Source: Octopus sinensis
Taxonomy: Eukaryota
DNA: 64,000 nt
Assembly: GCF_006345805.1 (NCBI RefSeq)
Contig: NC_043011.1
Coordinates: 3,658,001 to 3,722,000, forward strand
Reading direction: 5' to 3'
Shown: in pieces, positions 53,228 to 64,000 of the stretch
How positions within the stretch are numbered: the stretch's first letter is position 1
Layout of the letters: each line of letters opens with the position of its first letter
Translations under genes and position numbers: made by a program
The notes under the pieces: model-generated
What the model saw: the letters and a program-made list of their open reading frames with translations, nothing else
Told to the model about the DNA's origin: nothing
The model's database searches: none

Positions 53228-53631
53228 GGAGTAAACACATAAATGTGAAACAAGGTGGAAAAAAGAGTACTCAAATACCAGTGGTAGAGTAATATGCTTT
53301 ATTTTAAGCAGCAGAAAATTCAACAAAATCTGTTACTCTGAGTTTCTCGTTGCTAAACCCTTATTCTTAGTGCAAGTAATTATACATATACCATAAATAC
53401 AACAGAAGTGCAAGTTTTGAAGAGTGCAGTTCGATTTTAACAGTTACTTTTTCAAAGCTATAATGGAAGTGACAAAGGAGCATGTTCAGCATATTTTGCT
53501 TTATGAGTTCAATAAAGGTAACAGCATAATAGAAATTATAATTATTATTTTCTAGCAAAAACTGTCTGATGAACGGCAAGGAGAAACTCAGAGTAACAGA
53601 TTTTGTTGAATTTTCTGCTGCTTAAAATAAA

Positions 53632-53632
<1 letters not shown>
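53226..53632. mobile_element. Two opposed pieces of hammerhead-bearing element family B enclosing an inverted mariner piece
   Basis: 53297-53348 is the reverse complement of 53581-53632; hammerhead-like core at 53557-53604; 53407-53534 is an inverted near-identical copy of 52935-53062. Confidence 0.75.
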
Positions 53633-53671
<39 letters not shown>

Positions 53672-54231
53672 GCATTTCTTTTCCATTTTAGAAACATATT
53701 TACCAGTAAGAACTGTATGTTGCTAACATCGAGGACTTGAAATAATTCTTGTTTGGAACTGAGTTTAAGTTTCAAGCATAGCCTTCAATTTTTGTATCCA
53801 AAAGGGATTTTCAATTCAGTATTTATATGCTGTTATTTATGGAATTTATGTACTTCAAAATCTAGATTTTCTCTGACACTCTGCTTTCATTTTATACTGT
53901 CTCATGCAAAAATATTGATGCTCAGCATAGAATAAATATCTAATTATTATTTAATCATGCAGCCATGCATGAAAATTAATTTACCTGTGACAACTAAGTT
54001 CTAGATTCTGCTTGACTTAAATAGTATTTTGTTATAATTTCTCTTCATGAACATACTTATCCTTTTGTAAGTGGCCACTGAACCATGAAGCATATCAAGA
54101 TAATTTCTTGTTTTTCTGTGTTTGAAGAGAGCTACAAGAAAAAATAGTGAAAGACATAAAACATGTAGTTTAGCTGCATTAAATTGTCACCAGTATTCTA
54201 ATAAAAAAATGTGCTGTAAATATATATATAT

Positions 54232-54720
54232 ATTTGCTGACATGGAGAAAGCCTCTGACAGGGTCCCCCGATCCCTTATCTGGTGGTCAATGAGGAAAAA
54301 AGGGATAGATGAATGGTTAGTGAGAGCTGTGCAAGCCATGTACAGGGATGTTGTCAGTAAGGTGAGGGTTGGCAACGAGTACTGTGAAGAATTCCAGGTA
54401 GGGGTAGGCGTCCACCATGGATCAGTCCTCAGCCCCTTCTTATTCATCATAGTCCTTCAGGCAATAACATAGGAGTTCAAGACAGGATGCCCCTAGAAGA
54501 TTCTCTATGCTGATGACCATGCTCAAATTGCTGAGTCACTATCAGAACTAGAGGAGAAGTTTCAGGTGTGGAAGCAAGGATTAAAATCGAAGGGCCTTAG
54601 AATCAATCTAGCAAAAAGCCAAAGTCTTAATAAGTAGGAAGGCAGACAAATGACAAATCCCTTCAGGTAGATGGCCCTGCTTGATCTGTAGAAAAGGCAT
54701 AGGTAGAAACTCCATGCTAG
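54232..54720 (+). mobile_element. RTE RT-domain fragment
   Basis: FADMEKASDRVPRSLIWWSMRK..VGVHHGSVLSPFLFIIVLQAIT..LYADD; internal stops. Confidence 0.88.
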
Positions 54721-54832
54721 TTTTCCTACCTAAGGGACTAATATCTATTTTGTCCCTGGTTATAAGAGAGAAGCTTTTTTTACAAAAATCAGGGACTTAT
54801 TTAAGAGAATAGGAGAGACACTAGAATAATAA

Positions 54833-55208
54833 CTCTCTTTACTCTTTACTCTTTTACTTGTTTCAGTCATTTGACTGTGGCCATGCTGGAGCACCGCCTT
54901 TAGTCGAGCAAATCGACCCCGGGACTTATTCTTTGTAAGCCCAGTACTTATTCTATCGGTCTCTATTGCCAAACCGCTAAGTGACGATAGTCAGGCAATG
55001 CTAGGGGGACAAACACAGACACACATATATATATACATATATACGACGGGCTTCTTTCAGTTTCCATCTACCAAATTCACTCACAAGGCATTGGTCGGCC
55101 CAGGGCTATACCAGAAGACACTTGCCCAAGATGCCATGCAGTGGGACTGAACCCAGAACCATGTGGTTGGTAAGCAAGCTACTTACCACACAGCCACTCC
55201 TGCGCCTA
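54833..55208 (-). mobile_element. SINE S1 (young, small deletion)
   Basis: Reverse complement of the S1 consensus. Confidence 0.9.
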
Positions 55209-55571
55209 TTGATAATAACTGTTTTTAATATAATAAATTGATTACGTTATGATACATCTCGTAAACCGAGGTCCTAATTCCCACCCTTAAAACATATTTT
55301 GATCTCTTTTGTTTTCCACTTTATTCCCCTTTTATTTGACAATCTAAATATGTACCAACCAGCCCTATCCTTCCTCCTTCTAGTTATCACCTCTTCTCCA
55401 GCAGCCATTCTCTTACTAGCAGCCCTGAGACATATCTTTTTATGTAGATAAAGTTAGATGTATGGTCCCAGTAAAATAACGGTTGGGGAGAGTAGTATCT
55501 GACATGAATTAATTTATCCCCATCAACTGAAACTTAATTGTCAACTCCCAATGGATTTAACTCTAAAGGAT

Positions 55572-55791
55572 TTACTCTCTTTTACTCTTTTACTTGTTTC
55601 AGTCATTTGACTGCAGCCATGCTGGAGCACTACCTTTAGTCGAGCAAATCGACCCCGGCACTTATTCTTTGTAAGCCCAGTACTTATTCTATTGGTCTCT
55701 TTTGCTGAACCGCTAAGTGACGGGGACGTAAACACACCAGCATCGGTTGTCAAGCAATGCTAGAGGGACAAACACAGACACACAAACATAT

Positions 55792-55822
<31 letters not shown>

Positions 55823-55982
55823 CATATATACAACAAGCTTCTTTCAGTTTCCGCCTACCAAATCCACTCACAAGGCTTTGGTCGGCCCGAGGCTATAGCA
55901 GAAGACACTTGCCCAAGATGCCACGCAGTGGGACTGAACCCGGAACCATGTGGTTGGTTAGCAAGCTACTTACCACACAGCC
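55572..55982 (-). mobile_element. SINE S1 (young)
   Basis: Reverse complement of the S1 consensus. Confidence 0.9.
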
Positions 55983-56025
55983 GTAGACTATATGCTGCAT
56001 AAAATCTTATAAATAAAATAAAGAT

Positions 56026-56400
56026 CACGTAAAGTATACTAGCCATCTCAATATGGCTAACCACTAAGGGTGGGTGTTACTGTAGCTTTTAGCCCCAGGA
56101 GATCATTGTCTCCAGCTGGCTTTAGACACACTTTCTGTGCCCTTATGGTATTTGCAAAGGGAGGTCTTCCCTCTCTCGTAAACCTAAGTGATACGCACGG
56201 ACTGCAGTTTCGAGGTAATTTGCCTCTTGTCAACGTACGGTAATCACCGGTTTTCGATGAGGGAACCTGTTTGCAAATATCTATATAATGTTTTTCCCAC
56301 TAACTTCTGTCACTGATTTCGAAAAACTGTCTGCAAGCAATAATAAATCTCTGAACGAGATGTAAACAGTAACCGCTCGACAACGTAAAGTATACTAGCC
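56026..56400 (-). mobile_element. Retrozyme-like non-coding element (356-bp unit plus 18-bp terminal redundancy)
   Basis: aaataaagat at 56016-56025 and 56401-56410; acgtaaagtatactagcc at 56027-56044 and 56383-56400; hammerhead fold at 56194-56239. Confidence 0.7.
56194..56239 (-). ncRNA. Putative minimal type I hammerhead ribozyme, U3:A8 core variant
   Basis: CGUACG-UUGACAA-GAGG(CAAAUUA)CCUC-GAA-ACUGCAGU-C-CGUGCG: 6-bp stem I (one G.U), 4-bp stem II, 8-nt palindromic stem III, GUC triplet. Confidence 0.75.
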
Positions 56401-56769
56401 AAATAAAGATAGATATGAATTAACTATCTTACCATTCCTTTTTCTTGACAACGCTATTTTACTGTCTAAATTATAGCAGACTTTAGATATACATTTCTCC
56501 CTAAATTCATTCTGCCAAAAACATAACAGAGGGAAACAATATGATTATTTTGGCTTCTAGTACTCATGTAAATTGTGCTAAAAAAATGGTTTATCCTTTA
56601 TATTGGAAATCTATAAGGTTGTCTGCAACTGAGGAAAGTGCTTCTTTTTAAACTGGTGTAATGTCTTCATTGATTGATTATATGGAACCGCTTGAAATGG
56701 GCATAATGCATTGATACCTGGACATCCTTGTTATTTATTTGCTTCATATATATATATATATTATATATA

Positions 56770-56805
<36 letters not shown>

Positions 56806-57716
56806 TGTATGTATGTATGTATGATGTATGTATGTATGTATGTGTGTTTGTGTGTGTGTATGCATGCATGTATGTATATGTGTATGTGTGTGTATGTGTG
56901 TATATATATATATATTATATATATATATATATATACATATACCTGTTATATATATACATTACCTGTTATTACCTGTTTTTTCTGTAGCAAGTAAATTATA
57001 TGTGGAAATTGACGATTTAATAGTCTGTTATCAGCATATTGGCATTGAAATAATTTTCTTTAGCCCTTACTTATAAGTTGTTTATACATATATAAATGTA
57101 TTATATATGTGTGAGTGTATATGCATACACACACACATATGTATGTATATGTATGTATATATGTGTGTGTGTATTTATACATAATTAGGATAAAGTCATT
57201 ATTTAATGAATTATCGGTGGCCAGCGTACTAACAGGACCATAATGGTTAATTAATTTCTAAGTATAATTATAAAATATGATTATAATAAGGGTGCTTAAA
57301 ATGACAATGCCTGTATGCTAGAAATAGACCCCCAAATGATCTACAAACCACTTAACTTATTACTCCCTTACCACAAGGTTATATGCAAGGAAAATGGACA
57401 GAAAGGATTTATAAAATATTGTGGACAACACCATATCTCAAGATTTTATGGTTTGCAATGTTAAAAACGCTTTTCACTCTCCAGTAGTGCAAACCAATCG
57501 TAAATAAATGAGAAATACATATACATACTATAGATATACAGTCGTACAAATATGAGCATATACATGAATATTTGCTGCAGAATTATTTTGAGTAAATATC
57601 CACATGGTTGAAATGGGTGATTGGGTTTTGCTTCATATGTATGTGTGAAATGCATGCATGTGCTTATACTTGTCATTTTCAGCACCCTCTTTATAATATT
57701 TTATAATTATACTTAA

Positions 57717-57748
<32 letters not shown>

Positions 57749-57989
57749 CTGTAAAATAATATGTGACAATTATTCAATAGCCAAGATAAAACTCTGAGTT
57801 TCAGATGCCGAGGTGGAAATCCACAACACCCTTTATCTATAGAATGTAAATGTATTTCTCATTTACAGATAAATTTCCTTTATTTACATAATACTGAGGT
57901 CTCATTCTTTCTTTTGTTACCTTACCGTTTTTACCAATATATATATATATATATTTATATTTGCGTATGTCGATACTTATGTGTGTGTA

Positions 57990-58036
<47 letters not shown>

Positions 58037-58190
58037 TGGAGAAATTATACAAAGTGTATAAGTGGATGATGAGCATAGCACCAGCACAGCTTCGATTACC
58101 TGTTATTATCCGTAGATTGCAGGAACTTCATAGTGGTGGTTGAGGTAACAGTATTAATAAAATAGATGGAAAAAAAGATTTTATTTAGTA

Positions 58191-58228
58191 CAACACATGT
58201 TTTGACCCATTCTGGGTCTCATCAGTTC
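58191..58228 (-). ncRNA. Degenerate (probably inactive) minimal hammerhead
   Basis: CUGAUGA-GACCCA(GAA)UGGGUC-AAA-ACAUGU-G: perfect 6-bp stem II and palindromic ACAUGU, but G12 is A and position 17 is G. Confidence 0.55.
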
Positions 58229-59512
58229 ATAAATAAAAAAAAAATTTAAAGATTCGGGTTTTAGATATCACTAAATGTCTGTGAACCGTTAACTTATGGG
58301 GACATAAACACAACACCAGTTGTCAAGTAGTGATGAGTGACATATGCAGAAGCAAAGATACAGACACACACATAACAAGCTTCTTTTAGTTTCCATCTAC
58401 GAAATCCACTCAAGGCTTTGGTCAGCCTGAGACTATAGTAGAAGACACTTGCCCAAGGTGTCACAGAGTGGGGCTGAATCCAACCCCACACATGAACACC
58501 AGCGATGTTTGTATATGTCCCTCATAAATAATGATTGCTACTCGGGGGGTTTGACTTACTGGGAAAAAGTACTAGAGTAATTTATCACATTTAAAAATAA
58601 TGGTTGGCATTAAGAAGGTGACTAGCTGTATAATAGTGTATCAAGGAGTTTTTCCCAATACATGCCATTTTAGAAAGAGTGAATGCAAAAATAATGATCG
58701 TAATGACAACAGCAATATCTGTGTTTGTGTATTCAACAGGTAAATGAGTGTAGTTATGTGAGGACATGATGATAAATAATAATTAAAGCAATTAGTTGAG
58801 ATGTTCCTGGCTAAAGAGTGTGGCTTGCTATACTCAGCAATAATTGCATGGATTGAAAATTATTTTAGCCATTTCAACTATGTTCTAAAATGTGCTTGCT
58901 TCAAATAGCACTGTCCTCCAGGGGAAGGTTGATATTGTCAGCTGCCAGCCCAGGTTCCACTTCTCCTCAGGTAGGGAAAAGTAAACTGTCAAGATATTAG
59001 TTACTCTCTGACAGGTGCTCGTGGCAGTTGAGACCTCTGGCATTCTTGGTCCCCCAGACCATATCCCTGCTCACTACTATTGGGGCAGAGGCTGCTGTCT
59101 GCAAATGCAAGCACCATGAGTTAGAGTGGCTGTTTCAGTGTATCTCCATTGCTATCCACTAGAGCAGTGCCTTTTCTGTTTTGTCAGCTGGGGCCATGAA
59201 AAATGTTTAAATATTGTGAGAAGCAAGATTCTCCATTATTTCATTGTTCACACTATAAGCTTAAGAGTTCCTTTATGTGTATTCATAATCTTGAAAACTA
59301 TTTTATTCTTGTTCATCAAAATCAAGAGAAGGAAAAACACTAGCTCTCCTGAGAAATGGTCTATATATGACTAATCCTCTTGAAAAATTGTAATTGACTG
59401 GAAAGAAATTTTTACTGATTGCTTTCATTTCATATAAATTCTCATGTCTTCTAAAATCATATATGGCATAATGATATGATATAACGTTGCATTATATAAG
59501 TAACAGTAATAT

Positions 59513-59655
59513 ATGCAGGAGTGGCTGTGTGGTAAGTAGCTTGATCCCACTGTGTGGCATCTTGGGCAAGTGTCTTCTGCTATAGCCCCGGGCCAGCCAA
59601 TGCCTTGTGAGTGGATTTGGTAGACGGAAACTGAAAGAAGCCTGTCGTATATATG

Positions 59656-59686
<31 letters not shown>

Positions 59687-59886
59687 GCGTCTGTGTTTGT
59701 CCCCCTAGCATTGCTTGACAACCGATGCTGGTGTGTTTATGTCCCTGTCACCTAGCGGTTCGGCAAAAAGAGACCGATAGAATAAGTACTGGACTTACAA
59801 AAAGAATAAGTCCCGGGGTTGAGCTGCTCAACTAAAGGCGGTGCTCCAGCATGGCCGCAGTCAAATGACTGAAACAAGTAAAAGAG
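59513..59886 (+). mobile_element. SINE S1 (young, deletion in head)
   Basis: S1 body and tail. Confidence 0.9.
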
Positions 59887-60736
59887 TATACTTGTTGATT
59901 CAGGTAGTCACAACATATTTGGTTTGAGTACTACGGTCAGTATACAGGCCAAATATATTTGATAGTCAATTAAATCGAATAGAAACACTCCCTGAAGAAA
60001 ATTATCTTCTTGGGAGGTTGAAATAAATCTATATATTTCTTGAAAAGATGTATTTTCTGTTTTTTCCAACTCTTCCTTACATCTGTTTTCGCCCATGGGA
60101 TACTCTGGGAAATTCCTTTCAATTTGGCCTTTAACAATTATTTTTTTCTTTCTCTCTACCACCAACAAACCTCTTCTCCCTCCTCCTCATCTCCTAGACG
60201 TGTCTTGCTCTATCTTGGCACTGTTTCATGTCTACACAATTATTTGATTAGTGTTTCTCATTATTCTTCACAGGCTGCTCTAAATACAGTCACTGTCAGT
60301 TATTTAGTTGTTCTTCTCTTGCATTTTACCCCCATTTAGACAAACATTACGTATAACTACTGTAGGTTTTGAGACAATGTATACAACGATGCATGTATAT
60401 GCATCCATGCTTGTATGTATGTACATTGTATGTATGCATGTGTGTATATGTATCTGTGTGTGTGTGTACATGTTTGTAACCACTGGCACCTTATATCTGA
60501 TTATTTATGTTTCACATTTACAATCATACATAACACTTTCCTTTAGTATTATGTGTTGATTTATTATCCGTTTAACTACTTACATACTCAACATTACAAG
60601 GCATACATACATTCATACACATATGCACACATGCATTTTATACACACACACACACACACATACACATGCATAGATGCACATGCATAGATGCACATGCATA
60701 TATATGTATACATATATATATATGTATACATATATC

Positions 60737-60792
<56 letters not shown>

Positions 60793-60794
<2 letters not shown>

Positions 60795-61098
60795 GAGGCG
60801 CAATAGCCCAGTGGTTAGGGCAGCGGACTCGCGGTCGGAGGATCGCGATTTCGATTCCCAGACCAGGCGTTGTGTGTGTTTATTGAGCGAAAACACCTAA
60901 AAGCTCCACGAGGCTCCGGCAGGGAGTGGTGATCCCTGCTGTACTCTTTCATCACTCTTTCTCCCACTCTTTCTTCTGTTGGCCTGCTCGCTTAGCCAGC
61001 GGGGTGGCGTCATTTAAAGGCTAAAACAATGCAAACACATTGTGACCAGCGATGTGTAACAACATCTGATGGTCTGGTCAGTCACGTGATCACGTGAT
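60793..61098 (+). mobile_element. SINE S3, tail type b
   Basis: tggaggcgcaatagcccagtggttagggcagcggactcgcgg...tcacgtgatcacgtga; reverse complement of 43231-43544. Confidence 0.88.
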
Positions 61099-61313
61099 AT
61101 ATACATATATATATATAATATATATATATGCATTGTCATCATCATTGTTGTCGTTTAATGTCTGCCTTCTGGTCTAGCACGACTATACACACACACATAC
61201 TTATATATATAGATGTATATGTATAGAAATAATTCAGATTCAGTTGAATTAGGTACTTAAGTTGAGGCACCAAGTCAGTCTGTCCACATAGCTCGAAGCT
61301 GGGAGAATAAAAG

Positions 61314-61621
61314 GCAAATAAGTAACAAGGATGTCCGTGTATCCGTGCAATATGGCTGTTTCAAGTGGCTCTTTTTAATCAGTCAGTGCAAACATTACAT
61401 CAATTTGAAATAAACCACTCTCCTTGGTTGCCTACGACCATATAGACTTCTAACATACAGGATATTCCATTGGTTATCGAGGATATCGAGGATATAACCA
61501 GTGGCATCGAGGAGAGTGGCTTATTTCAAATTGATGTAATGTTTGCATTGATCGATTAAATGGAGCCACTTGAAACGGCCATAATGGCACGGATACCAAA
61601 ACATCCTTGTCACTTATTTGC
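61314..61621. mobile_element. Palindromic MITE-like element (about 115-bp imperfect arms)
   Basis: gcaaataagtaacaaggatgt...aaccactctcc versus ggagagtggctt...acatccttgtcacttatttgc; a related right end lies at about 56650-56742. Confidence 0.75.
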
Positions 61622-61629
61622 TATGTATG

Positions 61630-61930
61630 TGTATATCAGTCTGTATACGTTATATCCGGATCAAGGATGGGGGGAACCAAAGAGGTAGCTGAAGATTTTC
61701 TTGGATTTATACAGCTTGGGCAGACAAATTCCCAATCAATCACTGAGGCACTGATGACCAGCCTAAGGAAGTGGAATGCTGATTTAAGCAAGTGGAGAGG
61801 AAAAGGCTTTGATGGAAATCACTAGCCATCACCTGTGATGGCTAGTGATTTCAGTGGTATGTCAAAACTCATAAAAGATGCTCGTCCACAAGCAAAATAC
61901 TTCACCCTTGCAGGAACCATTGTAGTGGTT
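61630..61930 (+). mobile_element. hAT transposase fragment
   Basis: SVCIRYI..EVAEDFLGFIQL...ITEALMTSLRKWNADLSKWRGKGFDG..VMASDFSGMSKLIKDARPQAKY matches the hAT E.FLGF...RGQGYDGA..MSG...P.A.Y block. Confidence 0.78.
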
Positions 61931-61944
61931 ACTTCCCACTATAT

Positions 61945-62229
61945 ATATCATCATCATCATCATCATCATTTAGCGTCCGCTTTCCATGCTAGCATGGGTT
62001 GGATGGTTCGACTGGGGTCTGGGAAGCCAGAAGGCTGCACCAGACCCAGTCTGATCTGGCAGTATTTCTACAGCTGGATGCCCTTCCTAACGCCAACCAC
62101 TCCGTGAGTGTAGTGGGTGCTTTTTACGAGGCTGGCAGACGGCCATGATCGGATGGTGCTTTTTACGTGCCACTGGAACGGGGACCAGACGAAGCTGCCA
62201 ACGGCCACGGTCGGATGGTGCTTTTTACG

Positions 62230-62235
<6 letters not shown>
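61945..62235 (-). mobile_element. RTE-type 3-prime UTR with tandem modules
   Basis: (CAT)n tail, tttagcgtccgctttccatgctagcatggg, ggatgcccttcctaacgccaacc; reverse complement of 7905-8207. Confidence 0.8.
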
Positions 62236-62276
<41 letters not shown>

Positions 62277-62340
62277 TTACACACACACATATATATATAT
62301 AATATATATATATATATATTATATATATTTACACACACAC

Positions 62341-62374
<34 letters not shown>

Positions 62375-63049
62375 TTACACACACACAATATGTATGTGTG
62401 TATGTGTGTATCTATGTATATAAATGTATCAATTCATTTATTTAGTATTAACAACAGAATCAGCTTCACTCAGTGAGCTTCTCAAAGTGCTGTTAAAGTT
62501 TTAGAAGAATTAGAAGAATACATCTATAAGTCAGATTATTGCAATACGTTAATTACACAGATGTAAATTAATGACACATAAAATGAGGCTGAGATATTTC
62601 AATGAGTGAATCATAACAAGTCGTACATAAGTTAAACTTGATAAAATTAAAGAACAGATTAATGAATAATTTCCAAAACTTTAATGGATGGTTTTCAAAT
62701 ATTTAGTGCTGCAGAGATGTGCCGATTATTGAAGTAAGGAGATATAGGAAGAGAAATAACTTGTTTTTTTACTAGGGTATTTAGATATGAGGCTTGTCAA
62801 GAGACAGACAGACAGACTGAGAGATGGAGGGAGGGAGAGAGAGAGAAGGGAGACGAACACAAAGGAAAATGAGGAAATATCACTGTGTTTGTAAAGCTGA
62901 AATTACCATTGTTATTACTATGTTTATATAATGTCAATTAGTTACAAGTTATGTTAGGTTAAATGTGTAATGAAACAACGGTGGTGTGTGCCTACTTAGG
63001 ATATCTATATATCTGTATATATGAAAATATGGGTGTGTGAGTATGAGTT

Positions 63050-63390
63050 AAGTTAAGTTAAGTTAATTTTTTGGCTCAAAAAGCAAAACGCCAGGCCATG
63101 TAGGGGGACACGGAGTTATGTACAGGGTGGTGTTTATGTAAAGAGTTCAGGCCATTTGTGGTCAAGGGAGACTTTGAACCGAGCGGTTGTCGGCATCTTC
63201 ACCATCTCGTCTGGCAGCTTATTCCACGGATCTGCACCCCGGATGGAGAAAGCCCCTCTCCTTCGATTGAGATGAAATCGTCGCAGATAGAGCTTTCCGG
63301 AATGACCCCGCAGCCGACGCTCTGGAGCACGAGTGAAGAACAGCTCTTTCGAGAGGTTACACTTTCCGCTTATGATGTTGTGAGCAAGAA
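63050..63390 (-). mobile_element. CR1-type LINE 3-prime end
   Basis: HSGKLYLRRFHLNRRRGAFSIRV..PWNKLPDEMVKMPTTARFKVSLDHKWPELFT-stop, then a (TTAAC)n tail. Confidence 0.8.
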
Positions 63391-63435
63391 AGATTATATA
63401 TGCATGTGTGAGGGTATACTTATGTCTTCATATAT

Positions 63436-63837
63436 CTCTTTTACTCTCTTTTACTTGTTTCAGTCATTTGACTGCGGCCATGCTGGAGCACCGCCTTTAG
63501 TCGAGTAAATTGACCCCGGGACTTATTCTTTGTAAGCCCAGTACTTATTCTATCGGTCTCTTTTGCCGAACCACTAAGTGACGGGGACGTAAACACACCA
63601 GCATCGGTTGTCAAGCAATGCTAGGGGGACAAACACAGACACACAAACACACACACACATATATATATATATATAAGACAGGCTTCTTTCAGTTTCCGTC
63701 TACCAAATCCACTCACTGAGCATTGGTCGGCCTGGGGCTATAGCAGAAGACATTTGCCCAAGATGTCACGCAGTGGGACTGAACCCGGAACCATGTGGTT
63801 GGTAAGCAAGCTACTTACCACACAGCCACTCCTACGC
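63436..63837 (-). mobile_element. SINE S1 (young, full length)
   Basis: Reverse complement of the S1 consensus. Confidence 0.92.
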
Positions 63838-64000
63838 TCGTTTATATATATATAAACAAAACATAACGTTTTGTATGTCTAAAAGTATGCGTGTGTTCTA
63901 GGGTAGGAAGAGTGGCAATAATCCATGCCTCCTTGACCCTTTAGTCTGGTGTCTTATCTGTAGGACATTCATGAATAGGTATTATTTTTTCTTTAATTTT

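Noticed and set aside
57785-57835. GAAACUCAGAGUU stem III-like block on the minus strand
   Set aside because: No recognisable paired 3:8 core or stem I remains in this copy, so it is not called as a ribozyme
59908-60339. Overlapping 86-aa (minus) and 99-aa (plus) ORFs in unique sequence
   Set aside because: No motif, non-ATG starts, low-complexity purine or pyrimidine bias, no convincing splice sites

Overview
This is AT-rich, repeat-saturated eukaryotic non-coding DNA, most likely a large intron or intergenic interval. The SINE families and microsatellite load resemble an octopus or other coleoid cephalopod genome (inference, not verified). I found no confident host-gene exon. The long ORFs in the track are microsatellite translations, SINE read-throughs or transposon relics. 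Contents: (1) about 28 copies of one tRNA-headed SINE with an internal microsatellite (called S1 here) plus two other SINE families (S2, S3); (2) decayed LINEs (RTE, CR1, L1/Tx1-like); (3) two Penelope-like (Naiad-type) relics; (4) four mariner elements, one Tc1 element, hAT fragments and a palindromic MITE. The most notable signal is a set of small non-coding elements, each carrying a minimal type I hammerhead ribozyme fold with a palindromic stem III. In three unrelated families the catalytic-core 3:8 pair is C:G (44671-44707), U:A (56194-56239) and G:C (4069-4120). This compensatory pattern argues for selection on the catalytic fold. One of these elements (56026-56400) has a target-site duplication and a short terminal redundancy, as expected for a retrozyme copied from a circular or concatemeric RNA. 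Ribozyme activity is predicted from sequence only.
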